DNA of 64,000 bases, from positions 310,001-374,000 of the forward strand of contig JBBPEB010000034.1 of the NCBI GenBank assembly GCA_039096225.1. The letters are read 5' to 3'. The DNA comes from Blastocystis sp. Blastoise (taxonomy: Eukaryota; Protista; Bigyra: Opalinata). Of the stretch, positions 34,676-64,000 are shown piece after piece; position 1 is the stretch's first letter; each line of letters begins with the position of its first letter. The notes under the pieces were generated by a model, which was given only the letters and a program-made list of their open reading frames with translations, was not told where the DNA came from and ran no database searches. The position numbers and the translations under genes are program-made.

Positions 34676-35389
34676 ACAAACTGTTTAATAGAATGGTGAT
34701 ATCGACACAAAAAAAATTGTTTTGTTTATTTTTCCAATAATAAATACATACGTTCATGCGACTACAATAGTAAATTATATAAATATAATTAATAAAAAAA
34801 TGCGTAAATAGCAATTATGATCAAAAATATATAAGAAAATCTTTTACAAAAAAAAATTTCGTTTATTTTATAATTTTTTTGTCAAAAGAATCTATTATAT
34901 TAAAAAATATGACTTTTTAAAAAAGAAAATTGTTTTAAAATAATGAAAAAATATGGATTAATATACATTCATATATATCTATATTTTTATACATATATTA
35001 TACTTAATATATTACATTAAGAAAATGATGCATCCATTAATTATTCTCTAAAAGTATCTAGAAGACACAGTTGATATCATTGTAGTCTATCCATATAAGA
35101 ATTTATTAAATAACACATATTTGATATTACTATACTCATTATTTACTTCATAAAAAAATGAACTTGGTAACAACAATAAACACAATTTTCAAGGAAAAGA
35201 TTCCGTTAATAATGACACTTAACGACGTGGCTTTTCTAAGCGGTTACTTCATTAATTTTCTTTGAATAAATTTTTGATGTTGATGGAAAAGTGGTTCTTC
35301 TTATTTTTTTTTTTGTGAGTCTTACCTTTGAGAAATGATGTTATTGCGATTCTATTCTAAATTTATTTTGTTTTATATTGTTCATTATA

Positions 35390-37010
35390 ATGGATAAATC
35401 TGTATCTGGTTATATTGGTACTGCTTGTGCTGTATTATTTTTTGGTTCTAACTTCATCCCCATCAAGAAGTATGAAACTGGTGACGGCATGTTTTTCCAA
35501 TTTGTTGTCTGTTGTGGTATTTGGGTTGCTGGTTTAATCGTTACCATGGTCAGAGATATTCATCTTTTCGATTTCTTAGCTATGCTTGGTGGTGTTATTT
35601 GGGCTACTGGTAATCTTTGTACTGTACCTGTTGTTAAATGCATTGGTCTTGCTCGTGGTCTTCTTGTTTGGGGTATTACTTCCATGATTGTTGGTTGGAT
35701 TGTCAGTTATTTTGGTCTTCTTGGTCAAGATAGTGGTAAAGATGCCATTCATATCTTATGGTTAAATATTCTTGGTCTCGTTCTTTGTGCTGCTACCGTT
35801 ATTATTTCTTCTTTCATTAAGTCTAATGATGATGATGGTGAAGAACCTAAACGTGTCACCTCTGTTGGTAATGTATATATATAAATATATATATTTATTA
35901 TTCATATTGAAAATCATATTATAAATGATTTTTTTATTTTTGATATATAAAAAAATTTGTTTATATAATAATTAATACTATTTATATATTGTTTTTATTA
36001 ATATAAATTAAAAATTAAAAGAATAATTATTTATTATTTTTATATATTATATTTACCATTATTAATATAGCTTGCTGTTGTTTCTACTAAGGAAATTATT
36101 GAAGATCCTCTTCTTCCTTATAATAAGGCTACTGATAATGATTCTTGGGAAAAGAAACTTTCTAACAAACAAAAGATGATTGTTGGTTATGGTTTAGCTA
36201 TTTTTGCTGGTTTAATGTATGGTACTAACTTTAGTCCTTGTAATGCTGCTCTTAAGAACTATACTGGAGTTGATAAGATGGATATGTTATTCTCTCAATT
36301 CTGTGGTATTCTCCTTGCTTCCTTTGTCTATCTTTGCATTTATTGCTTAGTTAAGAAGAACAAGCCTGCTGTTTATCCTTCTGTATATTTTTAAATCTTC
36401 TTATAATAATATATATTTTAATTTTTTTACTCATTTAACATAATTATTCCAATATTTTTATAATATCTTTTCATATTGCATTTTAATATTACATTTATAA
36501 TGTATATTTATATTACATTTTAATATTTCATTTTAATATTAAAAAAATAAATTACGTTTTAAAATATATAATAAATAATATAATTATTCTATAGGCTTTA
36601 TTCCCTGGTTTCCTTTCTGGTATGATGTGGGGTATTGCTCAAACTGGTTGGTTCTATGCTAATGCTGGTCTTGGTGAAGTTATTTCTTTCCCTATTGTCA
36701 ACTGTGGTCCTACTATTGTTTCTTCTCTTTGGAGTGTTTTCTTGTATATATATATAATTTATTATTTATTATTCATAACAATAATTATATATATTATTTA
36801 TCTATATATACTATTATATTGATAATAATCTATTTGAACACATTTAAAAAGATGAATGCACTATTATTGATTATATATACACTTTATTTTTATTATTATA
36901 TATATAGATATAAAGAAATTACTGGTAAGAAGAATTATCTTATTTTATCTGCAGTTATTGCCGTTATGATCATCGGTTCTATTTGCATTTGTTTATCTAA
37001 TGCCCTTTAA
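35390..37010 (+). CDS. TMEM144: TMEM144-like multi-pass membrane protein (DMT superfamily), 4 exons
   Basis: FFGSNFIPIKKYETGDGMFFQF, AMLGGVIWATGN, KCIGLARGLLVWG, SGMMWGIAQTGWFYAN, FPIVNCGP, WSVFLYKEITG; canonical introns. Confidence 0.9.
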
Positions 37011-37347
37011 ATGTAGTTAGTTAGACAATTTGTCGTTTCACATTTTTTTTTAGTTATTTTAGTTGTTTTGCTTTTAAAAAGAATAATTATATTGATATCA
37101 ATATTAAATAATAAACAATACGTTCTGACATCATTTAATACTTTCATAAGCACATTAAATTAAAAATGATTAAAAAATAGTTTTTATCCTATAATCATGT
37201 GAAAATCAATAATTTGACTGTATAAAACAATAAAATTGTGAAAATATTTTTTTAAAAACAACAACTATACAATTTTTTTCTTCTTATATTTCGTGTATAG
37301 ATTGTAAAAAACCTATATTACAAACGATTTCCTATTAACACACAAGA

Positions 37348-64000
<26,653 letters not shown>

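Overview
Very AT-rich eukaryotic nuclear DNA (standard genetic code, spliceosomal introns). The gene content and style suggest an anaerobic gut protist of the Blastocystis/Proteromonas type, but that is inference only. The ORF track is fragmented by introns and inflated by microsatellite ORFs. Manual splicing gives 12 protein genes: a MORN-repeat protein, ATP-dependent PEP carboxykinase, a Tc1/mariner DD34E transposase inside an intact element with ~245-bp TIRs, a PepD-like dipeptidase, a degenerate long-chain acyl-CoA synthetase, a PTRHD1-like peptidyl-tRNA hydrolase, a class 3 lipase, a SAM-methyltransferase/TPR protein, a ~27-intron nucleotidyltransferase-ankyrin protein, RPL27A, a TMEM144-like transporter, and a giant (>8,800 aa) MORN/Asn-rich protein running off the right edge. 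There is also a U1 snRNA and a tRNA-Ala(AGC). Highlights: (1) the nucleotidyltransferase-ankyrin protein carries histone H3-tail mimics (N-terminal ARTKQTAR and internal RVSTGGRAPRK); (2) seven non-GT/AG splice-site dinucleotides each copy the partner exon's sequence, which is either an RNA-polishing artefact or real exon-templated junctions; (3) intron ends are self-complementary (GTATAT...ATATAG) and lack the +5 G despite a canonical U1; (4) the transposon sits in the donor site of a reconstructable 33-nt intron.
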